Shown here: one piece after another, positions 20,018 to 30,893 of the stretch | Numbering within the stretch: the first letter of the stretch is position 1 | Layout: every line of letters starts with the position of its first letter | Origin: Spirochaetia bacterium | Lineage (GTDB): Bacteria; Spirochaetota; Spirochaetia; UBA9216 | Direction: 5' to 3' | Length of the DNA stretch: 64,000 nt | Assembly: GCA_963675665.1 (NCBI GenBank) | Contig: OY776510.1 | Location: 1,248,001-1,312,000, forward strand | The notes under the pieces: model-generated | Told to the model about the DNA's origin: nothing | Seen by the model: only the letters and a program-made list of their open reading frames with translations | The model's database searches: none | Position numbers and translations under genes: made by a program

Positions 20018-22138
20018 ATGAACGGTATTGATTTTACAACAACGCCACTACACGAGATTTACGGGGCGAATTGTTTCTCTGATTCAGAGATGAAAGCAAG
20101 ATTACCCAAGAGTATTTACAGGGAAGTCAAGGCTGTACAGGAAGGCAGCAAACCTTTGACGCTTGCTGTTGCAGAGGTGGTAGCCTCCGCAATGAAAGAC
20201 TGGGCGATTGATAAAGGTGCTACTCATTACACTCACTGGTTTCAGCCTTTAACAGGATCAACAGCTGAAAAACATGATTCTTTTATTTCACCGTTAGCCG
20301 ACGGAACGGTTATGATGGAATTTTCAGGAAAAGAATTGATCAAGGGCGAGCCGGATGCTTCAAGTTTTCCCAGCGGAGGATTAAGGGCGACATTTGAAGC
20401 ACGCGGATACACTGCCTGGGACACAACATCTCCCGCATTTGTAAGGGAAGACGACTCAGGAGTAACACTTTGTATTCCGACGGCATTTGTTTCATACAAC
20501 GGAGAAGCGCTTGACAAGAAGGTCCCGTTACTGCGTTCCATGGATGCACTGAATGCGGAAGCTCTCAGGCTTTTAAACGCACTTGGCGTAGATGCAGGCA
20601 AGGTCACCCCGACGATAGGTCCCGAGCAGGAATATTTTCTTGTTAAAGAAGAATTGTATAGCAAGCGATCAGACCTTATGCTTACGGGCCGGACAGTTTT
20701 TGGAACAATGTCTGCCAAAGGTCAGGAAATGGATGACCATTATTTTGGAAACATAAAAGAGGCCGCTGCTTCTTTTATGAGTGAGCTTAACTACGAATTG
20801 TGGAAACTGGGCATTTCTGCCAAAACGCAGCACAATGAGGTGGCTCCAAACCAGTTTGAATTGGCGCCGATTTTTGATTCAGCCAATGTTGCAACAGACA
20901 GAAACCAGCTGGTTATGGCCAGTATGGAAAAGATTGCCAAAAGACACGGAATGGTAGCGCTTCTTCATGAAAAACCTTTCGCAGGCGTTAACGGTTCAGG
21001 CAAGCATAATAACTGGTCGATGTCTACAGATACCGGATTGAATCTGCTTGATCCGGGCGACAGCCCCCAGGACAATGCTCAATTCCTGCTCTTCCTTGTA
21101 GCTGTTATAAAGGCTGTTGATGTTTATGCTTCTCTTTTAAGAGCTACCGCATCAAACTCGGGAAATGATCATCGTCTCGGCGCAAATGAAGCCCCCCCTG
21201 CAATAATTTCAATCTTTCTCGGAGAACAGCTTGAAAGTATTCTGGAAAGCCTTTCCAATGGAAAAACAGTTCAGACTGCCAGCGGTGAGACTCTGGTTAT
21301 TGGAAAAACAACCCTTCCCGAGCTGCCCCGGGACCTGACCGACAGAAACCGGACATCGCCGTTTGCTTTTACCGGTAATAAATTCGAGTTCAGAATGGTT
21401 CCGTCTTCAGCTTCGATTGCAGGACCCAATACCGCATTGAATACAGCTGTAGCTGAGGTTCTGTCCGAATTTGCAGGCAGAGTGGAGGCGGCATCGGACA
21501 AGAATGCAGAGATAGCTGCGATCGTAAAAGAAACATACAAGGCCCATAAACGGGTTATTTTTAATGGCAACGGATACTCGGATGAATGGGTTGAAGAGGC
21601 GGAAAAGAGGGGACTTCCGAATATTAAATCAACAATTGAAGCAATTCCGGTTTACAAGGAAAGCAGTTCTGTAGAGCTCTTTGCCAAACACGGAGTTTTC
21701 TCGAAAGAGGAACTTGAATCAAGGGTTGAAATTTACCTGGAAGCATACAGTATGCAGATCAATGTTGAAGCGAAGATCATGGTTGAAATGGCCGAGAAAC
21801 AGATTTATGCTGCAGCATCAAGGTACGGTAAAGCGCTTAGTGACACAATACTGAAGGCTAAAGAAGCTGTTTCTTCTTTTAATACCGGTGCATACGAAAA
21901 GACATTGATGAAACTTTCTGTAAACATCAACGGGCTCATGGAAAAGGTTGAAGAGCTTAAGGTTCTGATAGCCAAAGCCGGAGACGAAGATGATGTAGAA
22001 AAGTGCGCGTCAATTTTCAGGAACGAGGTGTTCGTCAAAATGGGAGAATTGAGAGAGTACGGAGATGCTCTTGAAGAGATTGTCCCGAAAGATGAATGGC
22101 CGTTTCCGACTTATGAAGACCTCCTTTTCAGGCTCTAG
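20018..22138 (+). CDS. glnN: Glutamine synthetase type III
   Basis: 706 aa; THYTHWFQPLTG, GEPDASSFPSGG, HNEVAPNQFE, NGSGKHNNWS, DRNRTSPFAFTGNKFEFR. Confidence 0.95.
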   Translation: MNGIDFTTTPLHEIYGANCFSDSEMKARLPKSIYREVKAVQEGSKPLTLAVAEVVASAMKDWAIDKGATHYTHWFQPLTGSTAEKHDSFISPLADGTVMMEFSGKELIKGEPDASSFPSGGLRATFEARGYTAWDTTSPAFVREDDSGVTLCIPTAFVSYNGEALDKKVPLLRSMDALNAEALRLLNALGVDAGKVTPTIGPEQEYFLVKEELYSKRSDLMLTGRTVFGTMSAKGQEMDDHYFGNIKEAAASFMSELNYELWKLGISAKTQHNEVAPNQFELAPIFDSANVATDRNQLVMASMEKIAKRHGMVALLHEKPFAGVNGSGKHNNWSMSTDTGLNLLDPGDSPQDNAQFLLFLVAVIKAVDVYASLLRATASNSGNDHRLGANEAPPAIISIFLGEQLESILESLSNGKTVQTASGETLVIGKTTLPELPRDLTDRNRTSPFAFTGNKFEFRMVPSSASIAGPNTALNTAVAEVLSEFAGRVEAASDKNAEIAAIVKETYKAHKRVIFNGNGYSDEWVEEAEKRGLPNIKSTIEAIPVYKESSSVELFAKHGVFSKEELESRVEIYLEAYSMQINVEAKIMVEMAEKQIYAAASRYGKALSDTILKAKEAVSSFNTGAYEKTLMKLSVNINGLMEKVEELKVLIAKAGDEDDVEKCASIFRNEVFVKMGELREYGDALEEIVPKDEWPFPTYEDLLFRL

Positions 22139-22177
22139 GCAACTCCCCTGAGCTGTTGATATCTCCATATTTGTCTT

Positions 22178-22224
22178 GCCGTACTGATCGGAAGCGAGCT
22201 TTCGAATCAGTACGGCTCTTTATT
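22178..22224 (+). terminator. Intrinsic terminator after GSIII
   Basis: GCCGTACTGAT...ATCAGTACGGC followed by TCTTTATT. Confidence 0.7.
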
Positions 22225-22465
22225 AATGATTTAGCCGGACTATTGGGGGCTATAAGAGCATGCTTAAATAATCAGTTAAAAAGTGTTTAGCAATGAAAAA
22301 AGTTAACTTTACAGAGCTATGATTGTGGATTTACCATTGATAATAATATGTTTTGTTTATATCAGAATGGGATCTAAAGTAACCGGGATGATTCTGTTGC
22401 GTTTTAGCGGGCAATTGTATCCTCCCCGGTGATAATGCAAATCTATAGGATAAAATCTGCATCCG

Positions 22466-23254
22466 TTATTGATCTGCAAAAATTATCCTGTATCCGGCTG
22501 TTTTTATGCCACTGATTTCCTTATTGTTGTCATTTGTATCGCATATTATTTCGTTTATTTCGTCCAGGCTGCATATTACTTTTAAACCGATTTTACCAAT
22601 TTTAGAGTGATCCGCAAGTGCTATTCGTCTCTGCGCAGAATTAAGCATCGCTTTTTTAACTGATGATTCCTCATGACCGGATATTGTCAGGCCTGCATCC
22701 AGGGAAACGCCGTTTACGGAAATAAAACAGATATCGGCGCGCATGGAGGTGAAAATCGGCAAAGCAAAATCGTCATGGAAGCTTTCGGAATTTTGATCAA
22801 AACAGCCGCCGGCCATATAAAGTTTTATTCTGTTGGATTTTGACAATAATGAAGCGGCACTGAGTGAATTAGTAATAACAGTCAGTTCGATGTCCGAATC
22901 CATGATTTTATAAGCCAGTTCATTACAGGTCGAGCCGGCATCAAGTATGATTGTTTGTCCGTCATTCAGGATGTTGGAAACTACATAATCGGCAATTCTG
23001 ATTTTTTCAGCTCTGAAAGCTATTGAACGCATGTTCATGTCCGAATTTATTGCTGTTTTGCCGGTAGCTATTGCACCTCCGTGACTTCTTTTTAAAAGCC
23101 CGTTTTCTTCAAGGTGTCGCAGGTCATTGCGAATAGTCGCAGTACTGCAGCCAAGTTCCCTGCAAAATTCAGAAACAGTGACCAGGTCGTTTGCTATCAA
23201 CATTCCTCTTATTCTTTCATGACGAAGTTCTGTTTTACTTTTGGATTTATACAT
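22466..23254 (-). CDS. DeoR/GlpR-family regulator
   Basis: STATIRNDLRHLE...RSHGGA; ILDAGST, VITNS, LADHSKIG. Confidence 0.93.
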   Translation of the reverse strand: MYKSKSKTELRHERIRGMLIANDLVTVSEFCRELGCSTATIRNDLRHLEENGLLKRSHGGAIATGKTAINSDMNMRSIAFRAEKIRIADYVVSNILNDGQTIILDAGSTCNELAYKIMDSDIELTVITNSLSAASLLSKSNRIKLYMAGGCFDQNSESFHDDFALPIFTSMRADICFISVNGVSLDAGLTISGHEESSVKKAMLNSAQRRIALADHSKIGKIGLKVICSLDEINEIICDTNDNNKEISGIKTAGYRIIFADQ

Positions 23255-23446
23255 CTAACCCCCATGCGATCAGTTTTTCTATCGTTACAGATAATTATAC
23301 CGAGCATTTTTATCGAAATCAATAAAAATATTAAAAAATTCATTGACCGCTATAAAAATACGTGTAATAATTAGCGAAACCGCTAAAATAACGAGCATTA
23401 ACGATAAAAATTATATTGTTTTGAGGCTGAGGAGTGATTATAAACT

Positions 23447-24514
23447 GTGAACACAATAGATGGAAACAAAAAAATCAGGATAGGGGTTTTGGGCTGCGGT
23501 CCGATTTCGCAGGCTGCGCATTTCGAAGCATGTATAAAAGCCGGAAATGCAGAGTTGTATGCTGTATGTGATGTGGCGGAAGACCTTCTGGTAAAGATGG
23601 CTTCAAAACATGACGTAGCTAAAGCCTACAATAACTATGATGATATGCTTGCAGATCAGAATGTTGATGCAGTAATCATCGGGATAGCTGATCAATTCCA
23701 TATCGAATGCGCTGAAAAGGCGTTGGATGCCGGAAAGCATGTGCTTATTGAGAAACCTCTGGGAGTTGATTCAGGGGAATGTCTAAAATTCAGGAAAATC
23801 GCAGCAGAGAAGGATCTTGTTGTTCAGATCGGAAATATGAAGAGGTTTGATCCGGGAATAGCTTTTGCGAGAGATTTTATTAAAAATGAGATTGGCGAAC
23901 TTTTAGCCATTAAAGCGTGGTATTGCGACAGTATATACCGTTACCAGGTGACTGATAATGTTCAGCCTGTTATCTACAGGAGTGATAAGGCACGAAAGCC
24001 CGCCGGCGACGTCAAAAAAAATAAAGAGCGTTATTATATGTTTACGCATGGGAGTCATCTTGTCGACACGGCAAGGTATCTTTGCGGTCCTATCAGGAGC
24101 GTCCAGGCCCGGATGCTGAATCGGTTCAATGCATACAGTTGGCTTGTTTCGGTCGAATTTGAAAACGGCTGTATTGGAAATCTTGATTTAACTGTAGCTG
24201 TCAGGATGGACTGGCATGAAGGGTTTAATGTTTACGGAGAATACGGCAGCGTACTGGCAAAAACGTACAATCCCTGGCTTTTCAAATCAAGTGATGTCGA
24301 GGTTTTTTCCGTTAAAGACGGACTGTATAGAAGACCTCTCGGTGAAGATGCTCATTTTTATAAACTTCAGGTAGAAGCGTTTGCTGATTCAATACTTAAT
24401 AATACGCCGATAAAGGGGGCTTCGGTTGAGGACGGTGAGGCTGCTGTCAGGGCCCTGGTCGCAATTACCAGATCCGTACAAACAGGCGATAAGGTTTTAT
24501 TGACTGATATATAG
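23447..24514 (+). CDS. Gfo/Idh/MocA oxidoreductase
   Basis: GCGPIS, GKHVLIEKP, RFDP, HGSHLVD. Confidence 0.9.
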   Translation: MNTIDGNKKIRIGVLGCGPISQAAHFEACIKAGNAELYAVCDVAEDLLVKMASKHDVAKAYNNYDDMLADQNVDAVIIGIADQFHIECAEKALDAGKHVLIEKPLGVDSGECLKFRKIAAEKDLVVQIGNMKRFDPGIAFARDFIKNEIGELLAIKAWYCDSIYRYQVTDNVQPVIYRSDKARKPAGDVKKNKERYYMFTHGSHLVDTARYLCGPIRSVQARMLNRFNAYSWLVSVEFENGCIGNLDLTVAVRMDWHEGFNVYGEYGSVLAKTYNPWLFKSSDVEVFSVKDGLYRRPLGEDAHFYKLQVEAFADSILNNTPIKGASVEDGEAAVRALVAITRSVQTGDKVLLTDI

Positions 24515-24574
24515 AGTGATATGGTGCCGTCCATAATATTTTGGATGAAATGAAATAACAGGATTGAAGAAGTA

Positions 24575-25435
24575 ATGGATATAGGTATTTTTACGAAAAC
24601 TTTTAAAAAGGATTCTCTTGAAGATGTTCTCGATGCGGTCAGGCAAAGAGGTCTTCTGAATGTTCAGTTCAATATGTCGTCTGCAGGTCTTGAATCAATG
24701 CCCGATGTAATTGAAAAGGGATTGATATCAAGGATTAAAAAAGAAACAGAGGAACGCGGGTTGTCTATAAATGCCGTCTCCGGAACTTTTAATATGGTTC
24801 ATCCGGACGAGAAGGTACGCGCTGAAGGGTTAAGGAGACTTAAAGTCCTTGCCTCGGCTTGTTCCGGTATCGGAACATCGGTAATAAGTCTTTGTACGGG
24901 AACAAAGGATGAAACCAGCATGTGGAAGTTTCATCCGGACAACTGTACAAAAGAGGCGTGGACGGATTTGTGCAGGACGATGTCGGCCGCCCTGGAAATT
25001 GCCCAGGAATTCGGTATTACCATGGCAATCGAACCGGAGATTTCAAATGTAGTCGACAGTGCGGTAAAAGCTAAACTGCTGCTTGGTGAAATGAAAACGG
25101 AAAATCTTAAAGTGATTATGGATGCTGCTAATTTATTCCGTCCGCAGGATTATTTAAAAATGGAATACATGCTTGAACAGGCTTTCGGTTTGCTCGGTGA
25201 AAATATTGTTCTTGCTCATGCAAAGGATTTCATAGCGGAACCTGAATTCGGGTTTACTGCAGCAGGTCTCGGGGTTCTTGATTACCGGATCTACCTGAAA
25301 CTGCTTGCCAAACACGGTTATACGGGCGCTGTAATTCTGCATGGTTTGTCGGAACCGCAGGTGGACGACAGTGTTAAATTTCTTAACGAAAGATTTACGG
25401 AGCTGCAAAAGGATAAACGATATGCCGACTTTTAA
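24575..25435 (+). CDS. Sugar-phosphate isomerase/epimerase (xylose-isomerase-like TIM barrel)
   Basis: AIEPE, MDAAN, HAKD, G.G.LDY metal-site pattern. Confidence 0.85.
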   Translation: MDIGIFTKTFKKDSLEDVLDAVRQRGLLNVQFNMSSAGLESMPDVIEKGLISRIKKETEERGLSINAVSGTFNMVHPDEKVRAEGLRRLKVLASACSGIGTSVISLCTGTKDETSMWKFHPDNCTKEAWTDLCRTMSAALEIAQEFGITMAIEPEISNVVDSAVKAKLLLGEMKTENLKVIMDAANLFRPQDYLKMEYMLEQAFGLLGENIVLAHAKDFIAEPEFGFTAAGLGVLDYRIYLKLLAKHGYTGAVILHGLSEPQVDDSVKFLNERFTELQKDKRYADF

Positions 25436-26249
25436 AAACTGCGGTGCAGATTTCAATTATGTGGATATCGGAGACGGCGTACCCTTCATCTTCCAGCATG
25501 GCCTTGGCGGAGATTTGACGCAGCCTTATTCGTTAATTGCCCCGGTCGAAGGATTCAGGTTTTTGAGTTTTGATTTCAGGGGACACGGCGACACATCGGC
25601 CGGCTTCGCAGAATCCGACGACTTCAATGTTTTCGCTGATGATCTTTTGCGGTTTATGGATGTAATGAAGCTTGAGAAGGCTGTTGTCGGCGGGATTTCC
25701 ATGGGCGGCGGAGTAGCTATTAATTTTACAATGCGATACCGGGAACGCGTTAAGGGCTTCGTCATCTTCAGGCCGGCATGGCTTGACGCTCCCATGAGTC
25801 CTGACATCCGGGAAATGTTCGACAGCGTTGCGTCCCTTATTGAAGGTTATGAAAAGAACGAAGGTTGCGAAATATTAAAAAAGCAGGACTGGTTTCACAG
25901 GCTTGAAAAAAAATATCCTGCCGCCGCCCATTCTTTTCTAAGCATGTTTGAATATAAGAAAGCAAAGGAGACAGTTTCAAAATATCGAAAATTACCCTCG
26001 GATAAACCATGTTCGGATCGTGGCGGATGGCGCAACATCGATGTTCCGGTATTGATAGTGGCTAACGATAATGATCCTGTTCATCCCCTGGAGTACGGAA
26101 AGGTGTACGGAAAATACATTACAGGCTCGCAATATTACGAAGTAACGTCAAAATCGGAAGATGAAGACAGGCATAAGAAAGAGTCACGAGCCGTTTTGAC
26201 CAAATATCTGGCTGATAGTTTTTTACATACAACACAGGGGAAGAACTGA
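25422..26249 (+). CDS. Alpha/beta hydrolase
   Basis: QHGLGG, DFRGHG, GISMG nucleophile elbow, DPVHP. Confidence 0.88.
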   Translation: MPTFKNCGADFNYVDIGDGVPFIFQHGLGGDLTQPYSLIAPVEGFRFLSFDFRGHGDTSAGFAESDDFNVFADDLLRFMDVMKLEKAVVGGISMGGGVAINFTMRYRERVKGFVIFRPAWLDAPMSPDIREMFDSVASLIEGYEKNEGCEILKKQDWFHRLEKKYPAAAHSFLSMFEYKKAKETVSKYRKLPSDKPCSDRGGWRNIDVPVLIVANDNDPVHPLEYGKVYGKYITGSQYYEVTSKSEDEDRHKKESRAVLTKYLADSFLHTTQGKN

Positions 26250-27767
26250 ATGAATACAGGTGATAATGATTTTATCCTGGAAATGAACGATATAACGAAA
26301 AGCTTTCCCGGCACGCTGGCCCTTGACAATGTCAATTTCAAGGTTCGAAAAGGAGAGGTCCATGCTTTAATGGGGGAAAACGGCGCCGGTAAATCTACAT
26401 TGATGAAAATTGCCGCCGGGCTGTACCAGCCTGACAAGGGTAATATCTGTTTTGACGGATCAATTGCCGTTTTCTCCAGCCCGGCTGATGCTCTCGGTGC
26501 AGGAATAAGTATGATCTATCAGGAATTGAACCCTGTACTGCATATGACTATTGCCGAGAATATCTTCCTGAACCGGGAACCGATGAAGAGGGGGAAGATA
26601 GTAGTAGATAAAAAAAAGATGAATGCCGACACAGTTCGAATCCTCGGGAAATATAGTCTTGATAAAGAGCCGAATGTGAAGATGAACAGTCTGACCATAG
26701 CGCAAATGCAAATGGTGGAAATTTTAAAGGCGGTGACCTTTAATGCAAAGCTGATCATCATGGATGAACCGACATCATCATTGGATGCCGATGAAACGGA
26801 AAAGCTTTTTAAAACTATTAAAGAATTAAAAGGCAGGGGAATCAGCATTATCTATATATCTCACCGGATGGATGAAATAAAGCAGATCAGTGATTCAGTA
26901 ACTGTATTGAGAGACGGTTGCTTTATCGGAACTGAAAAGACCGAAGAGATAGACAGACACCAGCTTATAAAAATGATGGTAGGCAGAGAGCTTACCGACA
27001 TCTATTACAAAAAACCCGTTGAAACGGGCAATGTTGTGATTAAAGTTAAAAATCTTTCGCGTAAAGGCGTCTTCCGCGATGTCAGCTTCGAGGTCAGAGA
27101 AGGCGAGATCCTGGGTTTCGCGGGAATCGTCGGTGCAGGCAGAAGCGAGATTATGAAATCAATTTTCAGTATAGATTCGCTTGATTCCGGAGAAATCTAC
27201 TGGAACGGAAATCAAATTAAAATAAAAAATACTTCGGATGCCATTGAAAAAGGTATAGCGATGGTAACGGAAGACAGAAAAAAATACGGCCTTGTTCTAT
27301 GCCGGAGCATCTATGAAAATATCAGCCTTCCAAACCTGAAACGTCAAAACCCGGGATTATTTATTAATCATAAATTGAATGAAAAAAGAGTTTTCGAGAC
27401 GGCTTCGAAGCTGTCTGTTAAGGCTCCGCATTTAAAAGTAAATGCGCTGAATCTGTCGGGCGGGAATCAGCAGAAGGTAATTCTTGCAAAATGGATTATG
27501 GCCGAACCAAGGTTGATGATACTTGATGAACCCACACGCGGCATTGATATCGGGGCTAAGCATGAGATCTACAAACTGATATACAATTTTGCAAAAAACG
27601 GCATGGCAATAATACTCATATCCTCGGAAATGGAGGAGATTCTCGGAATGAGCGATCGGGTATTGGTTATTCATGAAGGACGCATCAATGGTGAATTCAA
27701 CAGGTCCGAAATGACTGATTTAGCGATCGCCCAGGAAAAAATATTGGCTAAAGCACTAGGAGTATAG
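26250..27767 (+). CDS. CUT2 sugar ABC transporter ATP-binding protein
   Basis: GENGAGKST, two ABC halves, LSGGNQQK, DEPTRG. Confidence 0.95.
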   Translation: MNTGDNDFILEMNDITKSFPGTLALDNVNFKVRKGEVHALMGENGAGKSTLMKIAAGLYQPDKGNICFDGSIAVFSSPADALGAGISMIYQELNPVLHMTIAENIFLNREPMKRGKIVVDKKKMNADTVRILGKYSLDKEPNVKMNSLTIAQMQMVEILKAVTFNAKLIIMDEPTSSLDADETEKLFKTIKELKGRGISIIYISHRMDEIKQISDSVTVLRDGCFIGTEKTEEIDRHQLIKMMVGRELTDIYYKKPVETGNVVIKVKNLSRKGVFRDVSFEVREGEILGFAGIVGAGRSEIMKSIFSIDSLDSGEIYWNGNQIKIKNTSDAIEKGIAMVTEDRKKYGLVLCRSIYENISLPNLKRQNPGLFINHKLNEKRVFETASKLSVKAPHLKVNALNLSGGNQQKVILAKWIMAEPRLMILDEPTRGIDIGAKHEIYKLIYNFAKNGMAIILISSEMEEILGMSDRVLVIHEGRINGEFNRSEMTDLAIAQEKILAKALGV

Positions 27768-27771
27768 ATTT

Positions 27772-28746
27772 ATGATAACCGGGAAAAAAGAAAAGGCAGC
27801 ATTGGATTTAATATCATTTACACGGAAATACGGCATTTTTCTTGTTCTTGTTGCAATGGTAATTTTTCTGTTGCTGGCAAGTCCGACATTCAGAACGATT
27901 AGAAATTTAATAAATGTATTAAACCAGATCAGCATAAACGGGATTATTGCGGTAGGAATGACTTTTGTGATTATTTCCGCAGGCATAGACCTCTCCATAG
28001 GTTCCATGATCGCGGTTGCATCAGTTGTTGTCGGAGCGGTGCTGAATGCTAATTCTGATAATGTAATTGGGGCGGTTCTGCTTGCAATAGCGGCCTGCGG
28101 AATTATCGGTTTATTCAACGGGTTTCTTATTGCCAAATTCGATATGTTCCCGTTTGTGGTTACGCTCGGAACAATGCTGATAGCAAGAGGAACCGCCTAC
28201 GTAATCAGTGATGGAAAGTCTTTTGTTTTGAAAAGTGAACTTTATAAACAAATCGGACAGGGTAAACTTTTCGGACTTATTCCTTTTTCGATAATTATCC
28301 TGATCGCGATTATTCTGATCGGCCATTTTCTTCTGAGCCGTACAAAATACGGCCAGTACGTGTATGCGATAGGCGGGAATATTCACACCGCTGTGGCATC
28401 GGGTGTAAATGTTTTTAAAAATAAACTTCTTACATATATGATGATGGGCTTATTCGCGGGAGTTGCGGGCGTGATCCTTACCTCACGTGTCAATGCCGGG
28501 CAGCCGTCAATCGGCGTAGGCTACGAATTGGACGGCATAGCCGCGGTCGTAATCGGGGGGGCCAGTTTGAACGGCGGGATAGGAACAGTGCACGGAACCG
28601 TGGTCGGCATCCTCATGATAGGAATAATAAACAACGGGATGAACCTGATGGGAGTATCCTCCTTTTATCAGCAGATAGTCAAAGGATTCATAATTCTCGG
28701 TGCGGTCATCCTCGACATAACCATAAGTCGCCGATCGAACGGATAG
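27772..28746 (+). CDS. Sugar ABC transporter permease
   Basis: GIDLSIG, YAIGGN, YELDGIAAVVIGG. Confidence 0.94.
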   Translation: MITGKKEKAALDLISFTRKYGIFLVLVAMVIFLLLASPTFRTIRNLINVLNQISINGIIAVGMTFVIISAGIDLSIGSMIAVASVVVGAVLNANSDNVIGAVLLAIAACGIIGLFNGFLIAKFDMFPFVVTLGTMLIARGTAYVISDGKSFVLKSELYKQIGQGKLFGLIPFSIIILIAIILIGHFLLSRTKYGQYVYAIGGNIHTAVASGVNVFKNKLLTYMMMGLFAGVAGVILTSRVNAGQPSIGVGYELDGIAAVVIGGASLNGGIGTVHGTVVGILMIGIINNGMNLMGVSSFYQQIVKGFIILGAVILDITISRRSNG

Positions 28747-28818
28747 GGATTTAATACTGTTTTAAAGATTAAACCAAAACAGTTGGGTTTTGGTAAAAAA
28801 ATTTATTGGAGGAAAATA

Positions 28819-29793
28819 ATGAAGAAGAAAGTATTATTGGGTTTTTGCCTGATAATGGCGTCGGTAGTCCTTATGCCCGTGTTTTCCAACGGGACATCGG
28901 AACAGGACGGAGAAGGGGGGATAAAAATCGGCATCCTTCAGAAAAGCCGCTCTGATCAATATCAGATACTGCTGAATTCAGCACAGGAATCAGCTCTTGA
29001 TTCGCTGGTGTCGGATGGAAAAATTCAGGAATATTTACAGATTGACGCTGATACCGATGTTCAAAAGCAGATTAACCAGGCTGACGACATGATAGCCATG
29101 AATGTTGATGTCATCATAATGAGCCCTGTTGATGCAAACGGATGCGCTGCAATTGTTGATAAATGTAATGAAGCGGATATTCCGCTGGTTATAGTGAACT
29201 CAAAGACAAGTAATGTTGATGAAGCCACCGCATTTGTCGGATCAAATGATGTTGAGGCCGGTGAAATAATGGGCAGGTTTATTGCTGAAAAACTGGGCGG
29301 CGTAGGGAAAGCCGAAGGCAAGGTTCTCCAGCTTGAAGGGGATATCGGTAATTCAGCCCAGATCGATCGTGACAAGGGTTTAAAAAACACTATATACACC
29401 GAACCGGGCGTAACAGTGCTTGAATCGCTTACCGGGAAATGGTTAAGGGAAGAAGGTATGCGTATAACCGAGGACTGGCTCCAGAAATACCCTGAGATCG
29501 ACGCCATTGCGGCGGAAAACGACAATATGGCTATGGGAGCGCTTAATGCCGTCATCAATTCCGGACGTAAAGACGAGATCGTCATTATCGGCGTTGATGC
29601 TATCGAAGATGCAATGTTAAGCGTTAAAGCCGGTGAGCTTGATGCGACGGTTTTGCAGGATGCCGACGGGCAGGGCGCCGGTAGCGTCGATGTCGCTTAC
29701 AGGATAGCTGAAGGAATATCGTTCGATAAAACAACTAACATCCCTTTTGTACTGATAACACAGGAGAATGTTGATCGGTTTTTAAGTAAATAA
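28819..29793 (+). CDS. Sugar ABC transporter substrate-binding protein
   Basis: Signal peptide, RbsB-like fold motifs NDNMAMGA, GVDA, ATVLQD. Confidence 0.92.
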   Translation: MKKKVLLGFCLIMASVVLMPVFSNGTSEQDGEGGIKIGILQKSRSDQYQILLNSAQESALDSLVSDGKIQEYLQIDADTDVQKQINQADDMIAMNVDVIIMSPVDANGCAAIVDKCNEADIPLVIVNSKTSNVDEATAFVGSNDVEAGEIMGRFIAEKLGGVGKAEGKVLQLEGDIGNSAQIDRDKGLKNTIYTEPGVTVLESLTGKWLREEGMRITEDWLQKYPEIDAIAAENDNMAMGALNAVINSGRKDEIVIIGVDAIEDAMLSVKAGELDATVLQDADGQGAGSVDVAYRIAEGISFDKTTNIPFVLITQENVDRFLSK

Positions 29794-29815
29794 ATCTTAT
29801 TAGGAAGATTGACAA

Positions 29816-29841
29816 CAGGCTTTCGATCTTTGAAAGCCTGT
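29816..29841 (+). terminator. Stem-loop after the substrate-binding protein gene
   Basis: CAGGCTTTC...GAAAGCCTG. Confidence 0.5.
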
Positions 29842-29903
29842 CTGTTAATTCGCTGATGAGATGGGGGTTCAGACGGTATTGAATAATCAATCAGGAGGTA
29901 AAT

Positions 29904-30893
29904 ATGGTCAGACCTATCACGATCATTTCTGCACAATGGGCGGATTTGTCATTCGAACAGCTTTGCAGCAAAATGAGCGGTTTCGGATATGACGGAATTG
30001 AAATCGCACTCTTCGGCGATCATTTGGATATCAGAAAAGCAGCTGAGGATCCGGCGTATGCAGATGAAAAAAAGGGAATATTAAAAAAATATAATTTAAG
30101 CTGCTATGCCCTGGCCGCACATCTGGCTGGAAAATTTGTCGCTGATCTGTACGACCCGCGCTCGGATAATCTGGTTCCGCCGGAATGTAAAGGGAATCCG
30201 GAAAAGATCCAAAAATGGGCTATTGAAGAGATGATGCTTGTTCCGCGTGCGGCTAAAAACATGGGTGTAAAAGTTGTAAGCGGTTTTATGGGATCCCCGG
30301 TATTCAAATACTGGTATTCGTTCCCGCAAACTCCTCAATCAATGATCGCTAAAGCCTATTCCGAAGTTTACGAGCTGTGGACGCCGATTTTCGACGAGTT
30401 TGATCGATACGGGATCAAATTTGCGCTGGAAGTTCATTCAGGAGAAATGGCATTTGATTATTATTCGACACAGCGTTTGTTTGAGGTTTTTGACTGGCGA
30501 GAAACTCTCGGCTTGAACTTTGATCCGAGCCATATTTTTTGGCAGGGAATAAATCCGCAAATGTTCCTTCAAGATTTTAAGGAACGTATTTATCACGTAC
30601 ATATGAAGGATGTTGCAGTCAACAGGGACGGCCGGGCCGGCATACTTGGTTCTCATTTGGAATTCGGTGATGTCAGACGGGGTTGGAATTTCAGATCTCT
30701 GGGGCACGGTGATGTTGATTTCGAGAATATCATACGCGTATTAAATCAAATTGGGTATAAAGGGCCGCTTTCTGTCGAATGGGAGGATTCAGGAATGGAA
30801 AGGGAGTTCGGTGCGAAAGAATCACTGGAGTTGGTTCGCAACCTGAATTATCCGGCATCTGAATTTGCATTCGATTCAGGAATGAAACAATGA
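29904..30893 (+). CDS. Sugar-phosphate isomerase/epimerase / AP-endonuclease-2 TIM barrel
   Basis: QWADL, FALEVH, NFDPSH, HVHMKD, LSVEWED. Confidence 0.88.
   Translation: MVRPITIISAQWADLSFEQLCSKMSGFGYDGIEIALFGDHLDIRKAAEDPAYADEKKGILKKYNLSCYALAAHLAGKFVADLYDPRSDNLVPPECKGNPEKIQKWAIEEMMLVPRAAKNMGVKVVSGFMGSPVFKYWYSFPQTPQSMIAKAYSEVYELWTPIFDEFDRYGIKFALEVHSGEMAFDYYSTQRLFEVFDWRETLGLNFDPSHIFWQGINPQMFLQDFKERIYHVHMKDVAVNRDGRAGILGSHLEFGDVRRGWNFRSLGHGDVDFENIIRVLNQIGYKGPLSVEWEDSGMEREFGAKESLELVRNLNYPASEFAFDSGMKQ

Noticed and set aside
23270-23410. Short CG(A/C)TAAAA-like repeats in the DeoR divergent promoter
   Set aside because: Plausible DeoR sites, but too degenerate in AT-rich DNA to call.
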